A DNA stretch of 64,000 bases from Octopus sinensis. Its lineage: Eukaryota. The notes under the pieces were generated by a model that did not search any database, was not told where the DNA came from, and saw only the letters and a list, made by a program, of their open reading frames with translations. The position numbers and the translations under genes are program-made. Below are positions 24,843-40,437 of this stretch, piece after piece (the stretch's first letter is position 1; each line of letters begins with the position of its first letter). The stretch spans positions 4,464,001 through 4,528,000 of the forward strand of contig NC_043014.1 in the NCBI RefSeq assembly GCF_006345805.1. The letters are read 5' to 3'.

Positions 24843-27058
24843 CACATCCCAAGGAAACACAAAGAAGAGTGGAATTGTACTCCTGTCCGATCGCTCTTTC
24901 ACCAGACATAATCCTGGAGAGGGAAATAAGTGCGTAATGAAAAAAATCTAATGGTGGGGTTCTAGCATGGCCATGCCCTGTCGCTGCAACGTTTAGCCCA
25001 ATTAATATTAGTGTTAAGTATTATATCAAGATGTACACTTACACACAGTAACAGAAAAAGACACATACAAACACACACGCACGCACACATTGGAATACGT
25101 ACATATTTACACACATTTATCTATTTCTCTCCATCAGGAACGGAAGTGAGGCGAGTTTTTTTTAATCTTTTCTTTCCAACTGAAAATAAAACGTGCGAGT
25201 GCCAATGTAGATCGGTGAATTTCGTAATGTTTGACTGTAATTCACGTTGGTTTTTATATATGACAATATGTAAGAACGAATGTAAATACATACACACAGA
25301 CACACGGACAAACACACGCACAAATAAACACAAACACACACACACACACATACGCACGCACACAGACACACGTGCTCAATTGTACACGACCAATCACACT
25401 ATACAGTGTATGTCCACTCACATATATGTGTGCGTTTGTGTGTGTGTATGGGTATAAGTAGATACGTGTATTTGTGATATTTATGTGTATATATATATAT
25501 TGATATGTATGTATGTATTTAATTTTCATCTCACAAAATTTATCCAGCTATTGTGTATCTAGTGCACTCTTCGCCTTGAATGTAATGATATATGAACAAT
25601 ATATGGCGTGTACTGGTACACCGGCGATTATAATTAATTTTATTGTATTGCATTTATCTTTGTTTACATATTCTCTCGATAAATTTCTGACCGTTAGACG
25701 ATATACCACAATCCCCTATTTTGTCGGGTTTGTTCTGAGTCTGCGCAGTGTTTTGAATAGTTTAGAAAGAGCATTTCGATAGACGCACATGAGTCTATTG
25801 ATATGGTCTTCCCATCATTAACAGGAATCTTACTGAAGAGCCAGCCTGAGTACACACACGTACATACACACACACCAGCACAGATGTCCACATATACCTT
25901 TAACGAAAAATACTCATAGAGATACGCACACACTTATACACACATGGGCAGAGACACACACGCACATACACGTACTTAAGCGCACACACGCACGCACATT
26001 ACTCCCACACAACTCCAAAAAAACCCCCACACACATACATGTACAAATTCACATACACACCGGTACATATACATATACACAATATATGCCTACACGCACA
26101 CACATACACATCCGTATACACATATAGACACAGACACACACACGCACGCAAAAACATGCGCACACATACGCACGTACACACGCACATTAATGCACACACA
26201 GAAAACTCACAACCCCACGGATACACGCATATACACCCATATACGCTTACACACACACATACAAACGCACACGTACATGCACACACAACTACACGCACAT
26301 ACGAGATAGTACGCACATACATACACACACACACAAAAGAACCCACACCTACATCCCATACATAAGGTACACAATTATACATACACGCGCACAATTATAC
26401 ATACATGTACACAAACATACGCACAGTTATTCGCCACACACCCAAACTCTACGCATACACACACATACACACACACACTACAAACAAAACACACACACGA
26501 TACATATACATACACACACATACTTCAAACTAGCAGTACCTACTACTTGACCTGGGGTAGAGACAAAAGGAGCCACGCCCAATTCCTTCTTCCTTGACCT
26601 TAACACGACTAGCCCTACAACACGCAAAGATTAACAGCCACAACCACACACACATACACACACACACACACACATTTGTCATTATTGCACACATACACAC
26701 ATACACACAGGCACACGCAGACCTCCGCGCACGCTCTTATCCAAACTTACACACACACATCCCTCCTCTAACTCTCTCCTGTCTTTGAAAGATCTTTACA
26801 TCACCCATTTCCTTCCGGTCATTCAAAATGTGAACGCGTGTGTACCATTGGCGATTTTTTGTCTTCTGTCTTCCCTCCTCTGGATCTTTCCTTCTCGTAA
26901 GTTTCCGACGAAGAGTTCCACCTGAAACGTTAAACCCTCCTTCTTTCCTTCTCTACTGAGCGTCCAGTAATAATATGCTGGTTCCACGTCCTCGCGTTGT
27001 TTTTTTTTTGTGCTTTTTTGTTTGGATTAAATTTAACTATATATATACATGTGTGTAG

Positions 27059-27097
<39 letters not shown>

Positions 27098-27840
27098 GAA
27101 ATATGTGTGTGTATATATATGTGTGTGTGTGTGTGTGTGTACTTGCAGAAATACCCGGCATTGCAGGGGATTAAAATGGCAAAGATGGTATATAATATAT
27201 TCCAGTCATTTTGAAACAGGTGATATGGGAAAGTGCAACATTGACAACAAAACAGTTGTAGAGTAAATGCCGGGCTAACTCGACTAAGCAACATGCTATG
27301 CGTCCGTTTGGAGTGTTTCAGGCCCTAACATGTCATGCAAAATTGGAGCTGGGGTTTCTGTGATTTTTCAACGCACCGAAAAGCTGTCAGTGGATATACT
27401 CTCCTTTGCAGCAGTGTGCGCTGTGTCTAACACAACCCATCATCGGAAATTTTGACACCTCACGTCGGGTTTGTTGTCCTACATCACTCATAGAGTAAAT
27501 TTGGCGGAACTGTGGTTGTTCATCCGCAGGTACCAGGGAACAAATGAGGGGATAGACTTGCCCTTGAACTTTGACGTCAGCGTAAATTCATGTTTATCTA
27601 TCTTCTTAGATTCACCAAACGATATCATTTGAAATGCAGAGTTGTATTGTCTGATATTGTTCAGAAAATCCTTCGACTGGATTGAAGCGCCTTCTAGAAG
27701 ATTCCTTAGGAGTTGAGATGGTAGTGTTGTCAATGATACCTGTCCGAATATGTAGTGATCTATTGCATTGTTTTAAGTTCTAAACGATAATAAATACCTT
27801 GAAGTTCTATTTATATGATGCTATTTCTATTTTTTCACAG

Positions 27841-27892
27841 AACCGTTTCATCTCCAAGAAATCTCTCGACGATAAACCTGATGCCACACCAA
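27841..27892 (+). CDS. Copy C exon 2
   Basis: tcacag|AAC...CCA A|gtaaga; NRFISKKSLDDKPDATP. Confidence 0.8.
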
Positions 27893-30492
27893 GTAAGAAC
27901 TAATTTTATGGCTAAAGTCTTTTACCCGTGACTCATTAACTAATGATTTCTAATTTCACCAACTTTGAATTAGTTCCACATTATTATCCATATGTCCACA
28001 ATAATATATACTAAGACACTTGCCTGAATTTATTTCAAACTAAATTCTACTTTACAATAATTTCCTAAATAAAATGTTACTCTAATATACTATGCCATTT
28101 ATTGTGTGTATATGAGTATATATGCAGCGCTACGCCGATAATTGTACTAAGCCCTCTTCATCTGAGAATCAAATGCCCGAGCTGGCGCTTCACTGCGTTT
28201 ATATCTACAATTCAGCATTCTGTTCACTCTTGTGCTTCCAATCATTCGTGAATAGAGACCCGAAATAATGATGTTCCACTTTCCTACACAGTGCGTATTT
28301 GTCAGTCCGGCCTTGGGGTACTCGGTAGCCAACCAATTCATTGCACGTTGTTGGTGACCATCAGACGAATCAGGTAGCAGGATGCCGTCTACAAATAAAA
28401 GTCGACCGATCAAGTAGAGATGAATTGGGATACCTCTACCACAATGGCTGCGCATATTCAACCAGATCACAAAAAAGAATGTGAGAAGGGGCACTAACAA
28501 TGCGCACTTCAACTAAGTGAAACCTTCACGTTGTAAACTTTCGACTTTTACATAAATACATTCATTTGAACATCCATATAAGTACTTTATGGCAACCAGT
28601 ATTTGCCCATTAAACTCACCTTCCGGGTAAACCATCCGCAACATGCCCCAGGGCACGTGATCGTGTGCCTTTTCGTGGTTTAAAGCGTATTCCTCTTGGA
28701 AGTTCTTCAACGTTTGATGGATTATCTGTTTTGAACGACTATCTGGTCGGGTGTTCCGCGTCCCGGACAGTAATCTTGGGCACGATAATTTCCCTACATA
28801 TCTTTTCCTGACATCAAGTGTAGACTTTTCTATAATTAAAACACACACTTTGGTCTCTGTTTGAAAACATTGTGATTGTCAACCCATATTACCATTGCCT
28901 TGGTGATTTTTCCAGAGGTCCCATCCACCTAGCGTACATGGGTCACTCAGAGAATACCATCTGTATTTATGGCTTCTAAAATATCAAGCCGGACGTACAT
29001 TTCACCAGCAGCATTACCACTTTTAAGTGAATTTAGCGCAAATAAGCGTTCAACCGAAGAAGAACCTGCCGAAAAATAATACAATCACGAACCCATTTCG
29101 AGGTCCAAGTTCATACGGGTGGGTCACTCACAATTTGGATGCAAAAGTCTCCACATTTTCGTTTCCGATCTCAGCATCCACTGCGGCTTCCAACTGTATT
29201 CTGTAGGTCGCACTGGACTTACCAATTTTCACTGTGCGGCAGACTGTGAGAATTTTCAGGTTTTCAGACAGTTAGGTAGTGCCGAGTTGACAACTCCACC
29301 CCTTACTTTTACCCGAACTTTCACCAAAGAGTTAAAGATCACCAAACTCTATCAAAAACCTCTGTCACCAAGTATTTCTATATCAGGTACCCTTATAAAT
29401 ATCCCTGTCTTAAAATAATATCTATACCAGAGAGAGGAGAGTGTGTATCCTGCACAGAAGCCTGCTATGACCTCTCCATTAAGTTCACTGACGACATTCC
29501 TTCCAATCAATCCTTCTCACGGTTATCAGTGCCAAGGTGTGCACTGAAGTTTCCTTGCAGGACAAATGACTTTACCCCAAATATATCTAAAGCTGAGGTG
29601 AATTTGCTTAGAAAGGATTTGTATTTGAATTCGCATTTTGCTGCATATACAAAGAGTACGCTAAGGGCTCAAAGGAATAGCCATACCGAATCATCCATCG
29701 AGTGGGATAAAAGCAGTTGCCTCTGGATCTTGATTGGAGAAGACGATTCGGAAAATATATTGCAGTCTCCACCCAACTCAATCTGAGATGCATTGGGATG
29801 GAATACAAAATATGCGTCTTCCAAACCCCGAAGCAGGTCCAGAAGGGATCAACCGTTCATAATTGAGAATTAGACTGTCAAAACCGGACGATACAAAACG
29901 CTGCCTGTTATATATAATCGGTGTCTCCTCAAGAAAGCTTCATTACTTCGGAGGCGCACACTTGGAAGTTGGTTGGAAACTCCACCGTGCAGGCGTGGTG
30001 CCAACTATGTCTGCACAGGCGGAAGTGGAATGCTCACAATCCCTGGCTTTCGGATTGGATTATGGAGTGAATCCCACTAGGTATTAAGGGATACCTCCTG
30101 AAGCTCAAGCAGAATGAAGGAGTGGTGTAGCTGCTGGAAGTAAATGCACCCAATAGCGAGGGCAAATACAAATGCTTCCTTAACAAAGTCAATGCAGCTT
30201 TGGATATATTTGGGGTAAAGTCATTTGTCTTACAAGGAGACTTCCGTGAACACTTTGGCGCTGATAAACGCAAGAAGTATTGATTGGGTGGAATGGCGTC
30301 ACACACCTTAATGGGGTGGCCATACTAGTCTTCTGGAAGGAAACGGACTCTCTTCGCGCCAAACACCAAGCTGATATTCGTAAATGACCAATCAGGTGCC
30401 AAGGATTGATAATATTGCCAACATATCTATAAAAGAAGAACTTAATCATTTTTATTGTCACAAATATATATATAAATGTATATATATATGTA

Positions 30493-30531
<39 letters not shown>

Positions 30532-30532
<1 letters not shown>

Positions 30533-30819
30533 GGATCTTTCAACCCTATTATCTCCCCTAATTTCGCTCTCGCGTCTCATGTTTGATCTTTGACTTCTGG
30601 CTGAAATCAGATCGCCATGTTGATTCGTTAGTTACTGCACGCATTTTTTTCTCTCCTTCTTTCTGTGTTTTTTTTCTCTGTGTATCTTTCTGTTGAAGAG
30701 CGTAGGCTCGAAACGTTAAAGACTTGTTTTATTTATATTTCCTGAGCGCCATACTAATACAATTGTTTGTTTGTTTTCCACCTGCCTTCGTCTTTTGTCT
30801 ATTTTCATAAAGCTTCCCG

Positions 30820-30820
<1 letters not shown>
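30532..30820 (+). mobile_element. Short PLE-type tail insertion in (TA)n, copy C intron 2
   Basis: TCTTT-CTGTTGA-A-GAGC-GTAG-GCTC-GAAACGTT-AAAGA hammerhead-like motif at 30685-30722, then TTTCCTGAGCGCC tail; absent in A and D. Confidence 0.55.
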
Positions 30821-30876
<56 letters not shown>

Positions 30877-30878
<2 letters not shown>

Positions 30879-31296
30879 CGCAGGAGTGGCTATGTCGTAA
30901 GTAGCTTGCTAACCAACCACATGGTTCCGGGTTCAGTCCCACTGCGTGGCACCTTCGGCAAGTGTCTTCTACCATAGCCCCGGGCCGACCAATGCCTTGT
31001 GAGTGGATTTGGTAGACGGAAACTGAAAGAAGCCTGTCGTATATATGTATATATATGTATATGTATGTGTGTGTGTTTGTGTGTCTGTGTTTGTCCCCCT
31101 AGCATTGCTTGACAACCGATGCTGGTGTGTTTACGTACCCGTCACCTAGCGGTTCGGCAAAACAGACCGATAGAATAAGTACTAGGCTTACAAAGAATAA
31201 GTCCCGGGGTCGATTTGCTCGACTAAAGGCGGTGCTCCAGCATGGCCGCAGTCAAATTACTGAAACAAATAAAAGAGTAAAAGGAAAAAAGAGTCA

Positions 31297-31298
<2 letters not shown>
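30877..31298 (+). mobile_element. Same tRNA-derived SINE family, specific to copy C intron 2
   Basis: Aligns end to end with 2444-2856; flanked by (TA)n. Confidence 0.85.
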
Positions 31299-31366
<68 letters not shown>

Positions 31367-31694
31367 TCACATCCAAGTTCAACTACAAAACAAACATCCG
31401 TTCTTAAGGGAGACAAATACACATTCTGATATTCTGAGATTAATCTCTCAATTCGTTGACATCAACGTCAACAACAGGCTCAATAGACAAATGACTAATT
31501 TTCTTCGTTTAAAATTTATTCTTTGCGAATCATTTACTTCTTTCATTCTGATTCTCATTCATTCACTCATTCTTTTTCTCTTAAATTCTAAATTTCTTTC
31601 CTCTCTCTCAATTTCTTCCAAACCAACAACATCCTTTGTATAGGATTCAAGAATTCTTTCTTTTAAACTAAATTATTTCATTTTAATTTCACAG

Positions 31695-31769
31695 AACCCG
31701 GTCCCGTATCATTGTATACCCGGTGGGGCAGAACAAGTTGTCCTCCTTATTCAAACCTTGTCTATGACG
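31695..31769 (+). CDS. Copy C exon 3
   Basis: tcacag|AA...GAC G|gtcagt; PGPVSLYTRWGRTSCPPYSNLVYD. Confidence 0.9.
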
Positions 31770-33332
31770 GTCAGTATACTCTGTATTTCTATCCTCTCTT
31801 TCTCACACGCACACGCACGCACACTCAAGCAAATCATGTGATATATCACGTTTGAAACGATACCTATAGACCCTATAGAGACTGCACAATACTGCTTACT
31901 CCTTTGTAGGTATTTGGTCAAATCAGAATTTTAAATGTTGCCTAGAGTTGACCAGGTGAAAAGGATGTTGTCTAACCTCAGAATATAGATATCTATACGT
32001 TTAATTATAGATAGGGACTAGACTGGAATCCAGTATAGCGATCAAGGACTCCTGGCTGACTTGTATGGAGTGTAGATATCAAATACCGAGGCTGCTAACT
32101 GGTGATCAAGTGTACTGGATACGGATGGTGGTATTGTACGTGAGTGACCAGAGCTGAAAGTGGCCACTTGTCTATCATTAACTAGAGTGTCTATTGATTG
32201 TAGTTATAGACTAAATTGAACAAGGTCTAATTAGAATTGATGAATGAATGTATATGGTTAATGAAATGAACGCAGAATGTACAATGTGGACTGGACAGAC
32301 CACACACTGTAACTAATGGACAAAGCTAACTTAGGGTCGTATGTATTATGCAAAATGTGGAGGGATGAAGTACCACTGAGAGAACCCAAGTGAGTACATA
32401 TTGCACTACTATTCTTCTCCACCTCACCAAAATCGTCCTATCCCTCAAACCTATCTCTTTTCATGCAACACCTCGCCTCATTAATTGTCCAGTGTATCTT
32501 TGTAAGGTAACACCGGCACATCCAATTCAAAGCTACTTCTTCCCACATCTTCTCCAACCAACCTCATATCCTTTGTGAATCTGCTCTCTATAAACCCTAC
32601 ACATATCCTTTATCGGTCGCCTCTCCGCTGTCCATTCTTCTTAAGCACTACGCCATCAATGAGCTTCAAAATTCACCCCACCTCAGTTCATGCTTTGCAT
32701 GAAATAAAATCTGTGTGATCATAATATTATAGTATGTGGTAGGCCCGTCTCGTGGTAGGCCTGACTCGTCCGAGACAAACCGATGGATATAGCCAGCCAC
32801 ACCCGTATGGTCGGCTAAACAGTATTTCATCCCCTCTTACCCACCAGTTCTCTGCATCTCGCCGTCTCTCGTATTGTTCTACTCAAACCACATGCAATTC
32901 CCATCACCAACAATTTTCCCGTTCAAACGGGAACGACATCTTTTCCATTTCGGGAAATCACGACCACATGCGTTACAAAATCCCTTTCCTTTCTCCGTTT
33001 ATTGACATCCACACACACACATCTACCCCATGCAATACACATCACAACCACAAATACTTACCCGTACACACACACACACAAACACACAAACACAAAGACA
33101 CGTAAAAACACACACACACACACATGAAGAGAAGACAAACGCACGACTGCGATCTCATACTCACACAGCTTACACTTACATAAACACTAACATAAACACT
33201 AACACCACAATTCGTTCACACGTGACTAATCATGACTCCTTTTAAGGGTCAAACTGTATTGAATGTTTCCGTTATTTCATATATAATTTTGCTTAATATC
33301 TTTTTTACTTGATTTATTCTTACAAATTCTAG

Positions 33333-33832
33333 GTGTGGCTGGTGGACAATGGTACGACGACACAGGTGGCGGAAGTAATCTCTTATGTCTACCTAACGAC
33401 CCCATTTGGGCCAATTATACTACAAAAGTTGAAGAAGGTGGTCACATTTATGGCAGTGAATATCAACTACAGGATTACGACGCCAATACCATCTTTTCTT
33501 TTGCTAACGCTAAATCACTTCATGATCACAACGTTCCGTGCGCTGTCTGTTTGACACGACAACCTGCTGTTGTTATGATGTTACCAGCCAGGACACAGTG
33601 TTACGCTGGTTGGACAGCTGAGTATTCAGGATATTTGATGTCCGAACGTCATACACATAAGGGCAGACTTGAATATGTGTGTGTGGACTATGCACCAGAA
33701 GCTGATCCAGCAGGTTACCGAAATGAAAATGGAGCTGTATTATATTTCGTTCAGGCTGCTTGTGGTTCATTGCCATGTCCACCGTATGTCCATGGTCAAG
33801 AATTAACCTGTGTTGTATGCAGTAAATATTGA
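33333..33832 (+). CDS. Copy C exon 4 (spliced protein 256 aa)
   Basis: ttctag|GT GTG GCT...TAT TGA; open frame, all Cys conserved. Confidence 0.93.
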
Positions 33833-36800
33833 ATATAAATTAAATTCGGTTCCATATGAAAATATCTCTGTGAATTTCAATATATAACATAAAATTTTCA
33901 ATTTTGTTACCTAATATTTTCTTTAAAGTATGTCTATCGTTACAATAAACTGTTGTACTAGTTCACAGAAGATATTCAAACAATACAAAAGAGGCGACGT
34001 AGAATGCCAGAAATATCCTCAAAAACAAGAAAAATCTAAATCTGTCGGAATGATTCTAGAAAACATTTTGTAAGATTTCAGTTTATCAAACTTATCGTTG
34101 AAATAAAATGTTATTTTGTTTAACAGTATTTTGTCTTCTGTCTCATGATTCAACAAACCCCAAATAAAATACCACCATAGAATTATATCAGCTTTTCATC
34201 TAATACTCGACGCTACTATCTCAGACATCTTGCTTTTGAAATTACAACTCGGAATCTGACAATGACAAAGAACCACCACATTATTTAACACAGAAAACAC
34301 ATGATCGCTTCAACAACAACAACCAATTACTTCTAAACAAACCATTTTATTTGCCTTTATTAATCAGGGAAGCTTTCCGTTCCATTCTTACCTCATAACT
34401 TATAACCTAAATCTAAATCACAACCTTCCCACCTCTCCACAAATTATGACAAAATGGAACTCTATGCACAGAACACTCACATCATACACTAAACGCTGAT
34501 ATACAAGAATGAGAAAGGAAATCAACCAGAAAAATTGTCTCATTTCAGCAGCAGAGAACATCAAATACGACGATTTCTTTCACTCATCTACGTAAACATA
34601 CCAGAACGGAAGAAAGGATGGATCCTAGAAGCTGAATACATTTCATGCAAAACGAATACAACAACCATAAAAGTGAGAGTAAAGAGAGCAAATATAGTCA
34701 GGGCAAGCACGGATGCTGTGTGTAAGAAGGCTGAGATGTTGTGACCGTCACGTTATATCCAATATGATTCATGACAGTATGTTGGAGTGTGTCGAATATT
34801 TGTTAGATAAACGAAGGGTTCGGTTAACAACATCAAGCTGCAATAAAGATTAAAGATTATTAATGTTTACTATCCCACTATTATTAGCCTGATGGGTAAA
34901 TCTGCATTCGCTTCTCTAGATTACAAATATTTTCTTGGTTGTAATTCGTAAACAATTGCAGAGAATACGGACGCTGGTAGATCTTCAAATTCATCTTTTG
35001 ATTCAGCGGCATAATTAGACAGTTAAAACGACCGCCATGTGTTTAAGCTGTACAGAGCATGCGCAGCTGCATATTCAACCCGCCATTAAAATAGGAAAAA
35101 TTATGGGACTTTGTTGAAATCTGACATGGCTCTAAGATTTATTTTGTAGCTTATATGAAATTAATATTAATTCGAGGGCCAAACAGAGTGTTACACACAC
35201 ACACAAACACACTAACACACACACACACGCACACACAAACACACACACACACACATACACACACACATATATATATATTAAATTAGGTCAAACTATATCT
35301 GAGGGGTCTGATATGCTTCATCTAAGAAAATTTAATCATAACTATGGAATTCCGTCGTACATATGCAGTACATACGGAAGGTGCCCTTGCGAATTGAGTT
35401 TCAAATGGGAGACACTGTACCTTTATGTTTTTCTATGATTTATAAAACAAGAAGAAAAATATTCAAAGCTAGTGATAATGACTAGCTAAAAATATGTATG
35501 AATGTCATTATTCGGTTTTAATAGAATATTTCTGGCCAACAGAAAGAGAGACGGCTTCTAACTTAGTTCCAAGTATCTTTCATTGGAATTTCAACAACAT
35601 GAACAGGATATTTTTGTATGTATGTATGTATGTATGTATGTATGTATGTATGTATGTATGTATGTATGTATGTATGCATGTATGTATGGTTGCATGTATG
35701 TGTGTATGCATGTATGTATGTATGTGTACAGGTATGTATGCATGTATGTATGTATGTATGTATGTATGTATGCATGCATGTATGTATGTAAGCATGTATG
35801 TATGTATGTATGAATGTATGTATGTATGCATGTATGTCTGTCTGTACGTATGTAGGTATGTATGCATGCATGTATGTATGTATGTAGGTATGTATGCATG
35901 TTTGTATGTATGTATGTATGTATGTATGTATGCATGCATGTATGTATGTATGTAGGTATGTATGCATGTTTGTATGTATGTATGTATGTATGTATGTGTG
36001 TAAGCATGTATGTATGTCAGGTCACTTTCGTGTGCTACTGGTAACAAGTAACCCAGTACAACCTGTTGCATTGTTGGGTCGTCGGCGATGAAACCGGCAA
36101 CCCCACCAAGCTTGCTTAGTGAGGAGGGAGTTTATTGGACACCCTGCGGGATGAAAAACAAAACCCGTCAAAGAGCGGAGGAACTCTTGAGAGTCAACGG
36201 CCGTCCAATAAATGTGTTAAGGCTGTATCATGCGCGGGGACATAGAAATAATCGGACTGAATACCCGATCGCGCGGTTAAACCGTTGGGATTGAAGGACT
36301 CCTACACATTGTAAGGGCATCCTTCTAGGAGAAAGTAAATCAGGTAACTGGGATAACTCCGACATAAAACCTGCGGCACAGTGGTTACCGATGATATAGA
36401 CTTGTTCTTCTTTTCGGATTATGGCTGCTGATGCTTAGTGAGTGGGATTGACACAGTGCACAGCCTTTCCTCGCTTTAAAAAAATTCTTCATGCACAGGC
36501 ATTGCACGATAATAATATTGATTAAGCTTCGTGCAATGCCCATACTCGATAACGAGGGGGCAGCCACCAAGTATGTATGTATGTATGTATGGATGGATGG
36601 ATGTAAGTATGTATGCATGTATGTATGGATGTGAGTATGTATGTATGTATATATACATGTATGTATGTGTATATGTGTCTATCGATATATACATGCTTAC
36701 ATTCAAACATACATGCATGTATACATGTATACATACATACATGTATATATAAATATATGCATACATGTATGTATGAAAGTATGTATGTATGTATGTATGT

Positions 36801-37327
36801 ATGTATGTATGTATGTGTGTGTGTGTATGTATGTATGTTTGTATGTATGTATGTGTGTATGTATGTGTGTATGTATGTATATATATGTGTGTATATGTAA
36901 GTATATATGTATGTATGGGGGTATTTATGTATGTATATATGTATGTATATACGTGAGTGTGGATGTATGCATGTATGTATGTATGTATGTGTGTATGTAT
37001 GTATGTATGTATGAATGTATGCATGTATGTATGTATGTGTGTATGTATGTATGTTTGTATGTATGCCTGTATGTATGTGTGCAAGTATGTATGTATGTAT
37101 GCATGTACGCATGCATGTATGTATGTATACATGTATGTATGTATATATGTATGTATGGGTGGGTGGGAATTGGTTGGTTTTGATTTTGATATTCACATAA
37201 AACTTTTCTAATCAGATTAACGCTTGTTGTGAAGAATCCAATCCGAACAGCGGACTTCATTAGATTAAATCTTGCGATTACTGTGTGGGTTGAACGAATT
37301 AAATCCCACACTGAATATTAAAGCAGT

Positions 37328-37378
<51 letters not shown>

Positions 37379-38158
37379 AGTGTATGTGTATGTGTGGGAG
37401 TGTGTGTGTGTGTGTGCGTATGTGTGTCAGCGTGTGGTGTGTGTGTCAGTGTGTGTGTGTCAATATGTATGTGTGTGCGTTAGTATGTGTTTGTGTGTTT
37501 GTGCGGAAGACAATGTATATGTGTGTGTGTCAGTGTGTGTTGGTGTGTGTGGGTGTGTGTGTTTGTGTGTGTATGTCAGTGTGTGTGTGTGTGTTAGTGT
37601 GTGTGCGTGTGTATATCTCTGTGTCAGTGTGTGTGGGTGTGTGTGTTGGTGTTTGTGTCAGTGTGTGCTTGTGTGTGTGTGTGACAGTGTGTGTGTGTCA
37701 GTGTGTGTTTGTGTGTGTGTGTGTGTCCTTGTATCTGTGTATTCTTCGGTTGAACGAAATACTTCCCACAGTGAATATTAAAACAGTTTCCAAAGAATAA
37801 CAAATAAAATTAAATAACAACATTAGTAAATAAATATATCATAATATATCCAAATACAGGAATCATTTCACTTTACACGTGTCTCTCATTCATCAAAATA
37901 TTTTGCTAATTATTGCGTGACAATATCAAACCATCTCTTTCCAATAATTAAACCTGTCAGACAAGTTCACACCCGCTTTTACAGTTCCACCAATCGCATT
38001 GGTTCATAAATTTACGATAAGATCTATGCCAGAGCTGGGTTGTTGTGCGCTCAATAAATACGTGGAATTCAGTTACAGGTCTTCAGCTTAAACCTCGCAT
38101 CTCGATCTTTTGTTGAAGCCACACGAAGTATCACGTACGACCGACAACTGTCACCAGA

Positions 38159-38302
38159 ATGGATTTCGCACAACTGTCCAGGAATATTTCGCAGCGTTAT
38201 TCCATTTCCTCTCTCATAGCTTTTGGGGTTCTTCTCGTTCTGACGATCGTGATTCTTCATCAAGATTCTAGAATAGGAAAAATGGAAGAGAAATCGCAAA
38301 CG
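38159..38302 (+). CDS. Copy D exon 1
   Basis: ATG...ACG|gtaagt; ends ...MEEKSQT. Confidence 0.85.
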
Positions 38303-38724
38303 GTAAGTCATGGATTTTTTGTTAATATATGTATGTCTTTATGTATTTATATATGCATGTATGTATGTATGCATTTACGTATGTATGTATTAATATGTGG
38401 ATGTATGTACGTACCGATGGATGGATGGATGTAAGGATGTATGCATGAATCACTTACATATGTTCCTATGGAGCACACACACACACATAAGATCACACAC
38501 GTAATCACACACGAACACACAGGCGCACACACCTAAATATACATATATATACATATACATATATTTGTATATATAATATACATATATATGTATATCTAAA
38601 TATACATATAAATGAATATATTAGTGCGTGAACATATATAGATATATATATATACAAACAAATATATGCGTGTGTGTATCTATCACTGTATCTCTCTGTC
38701 TATCCCTCTCTCTCTCTATTTATC

Positions 38725-38780
<56 letters not shown>

Positions 38781-39159
38781 TATATAAATATATTCTTTTA
38801 CCCGTTTCAGTCATTTGACTGCGGCCATGCTAGAATACTGCGTTCAGTAGGACAAATCGACTTCAGGAATTATTCTTTGTAAGCCTATTGCTCATTCTAT
38901 CGGTATCTCTAGCCGAACCGCTATCTAACGGGGACGTAAACACACCGACATCAGTTGAGAATCGATAGTGGTCCGACAATAACAGACACATACATAAAAC
39001 ATAGATACATACACACTATGTGTGCTATACACACACACACGCACACACACAAATCAATATATATATATATATATACATATCATATATACATACACACATA
39101 TATAGTTACGTATGTATGTACATACATATCTATCTATCTATATATCTATCTATCTATCA

Positions 39160-39228
<69 letters not shown>

Positions 39229-39250
39229 ACTATCTATATCTATCTATCTA

Positions 39251-39289
<39 letters not shown>

Positions 39290-40168
39290 ATATATATATA
39301 TATCTGTCAGATATGATGTAATCGTATATTCTATTTCTATTTCCATGTCTAGTTATATTTGCAATATATTATGTATAATGTCATTGCTGTTATGTAATGG
39401 TTTAATAAAGTATTGATTGGGTATTATCTGATGGTTGATGATTGATTTAGATATGTTTCTCCATTTTCTTTTTTGCATATATATATATCTATATATACAT
39501 ACATATACACACATCCCAAGTAAACACAAAGAAGGGTGTAATTGTACTCCTGTCCGATCGCTCTTTCACCAGACTTAATCCTGGAATGGGAAATAAGTGC
39601 GTAACGGAAAAAATCTAATGGTGGGGTTCCAGCATGGCCATGCCCTGTCGCTGCAACGTTTAGCCCTATTAATATTAGTGTTAAGTATTATATCTAGATG
39701 TACACTTACACACACGCACAGAAACAGACACATACAAACACACACACACGCACACATAGGAATACGTACATATTTACACACATTTATCTATTTCTCTCCA
39801 TCAGGAACGGAAGTGAGGCGAGATTTTTAAAATCTTTTCTTTCCAACTGAAAATAAAACGTGCGAGTGCCAATGTAGATCGGTGAATTTCGTAATGTTTG
39901 ACTGTAATTCACGTTGGTTTTTATATATGACAATATGTAAGAACGAATGTAAATACATACACACAGACACACGGACAAACACACGCACAAATAAACACAA
40001 ACACACACACATACGCACGCACACAGACACACGTGCTCAATTGTACACGAAGAATCACACTATACAGTGTATGTCCACTCACATATATGTGTGCGTTTGT
40101 GTGTGTGTATGCGTATAAGTAGATACGTATATTTGTGATATTTACGTGTATACCTTTATATTGATAGG

Positions 40169-40242
<74 letters not shown>

Positions 40243-40376
40243 GAGCTTCCTGATGATTTCTTTTGAATAAAACAGTTCTAGTCCTGTAGAAGCTCCTTCT
40301 ATAAAATAAATTAATTTACTCTGCTATGTATTGAGTACCTTATTTACTGTGGTTAACCCCGACTCAACCCGGGACC

Positions 40377-40437
<61 letters not shown>

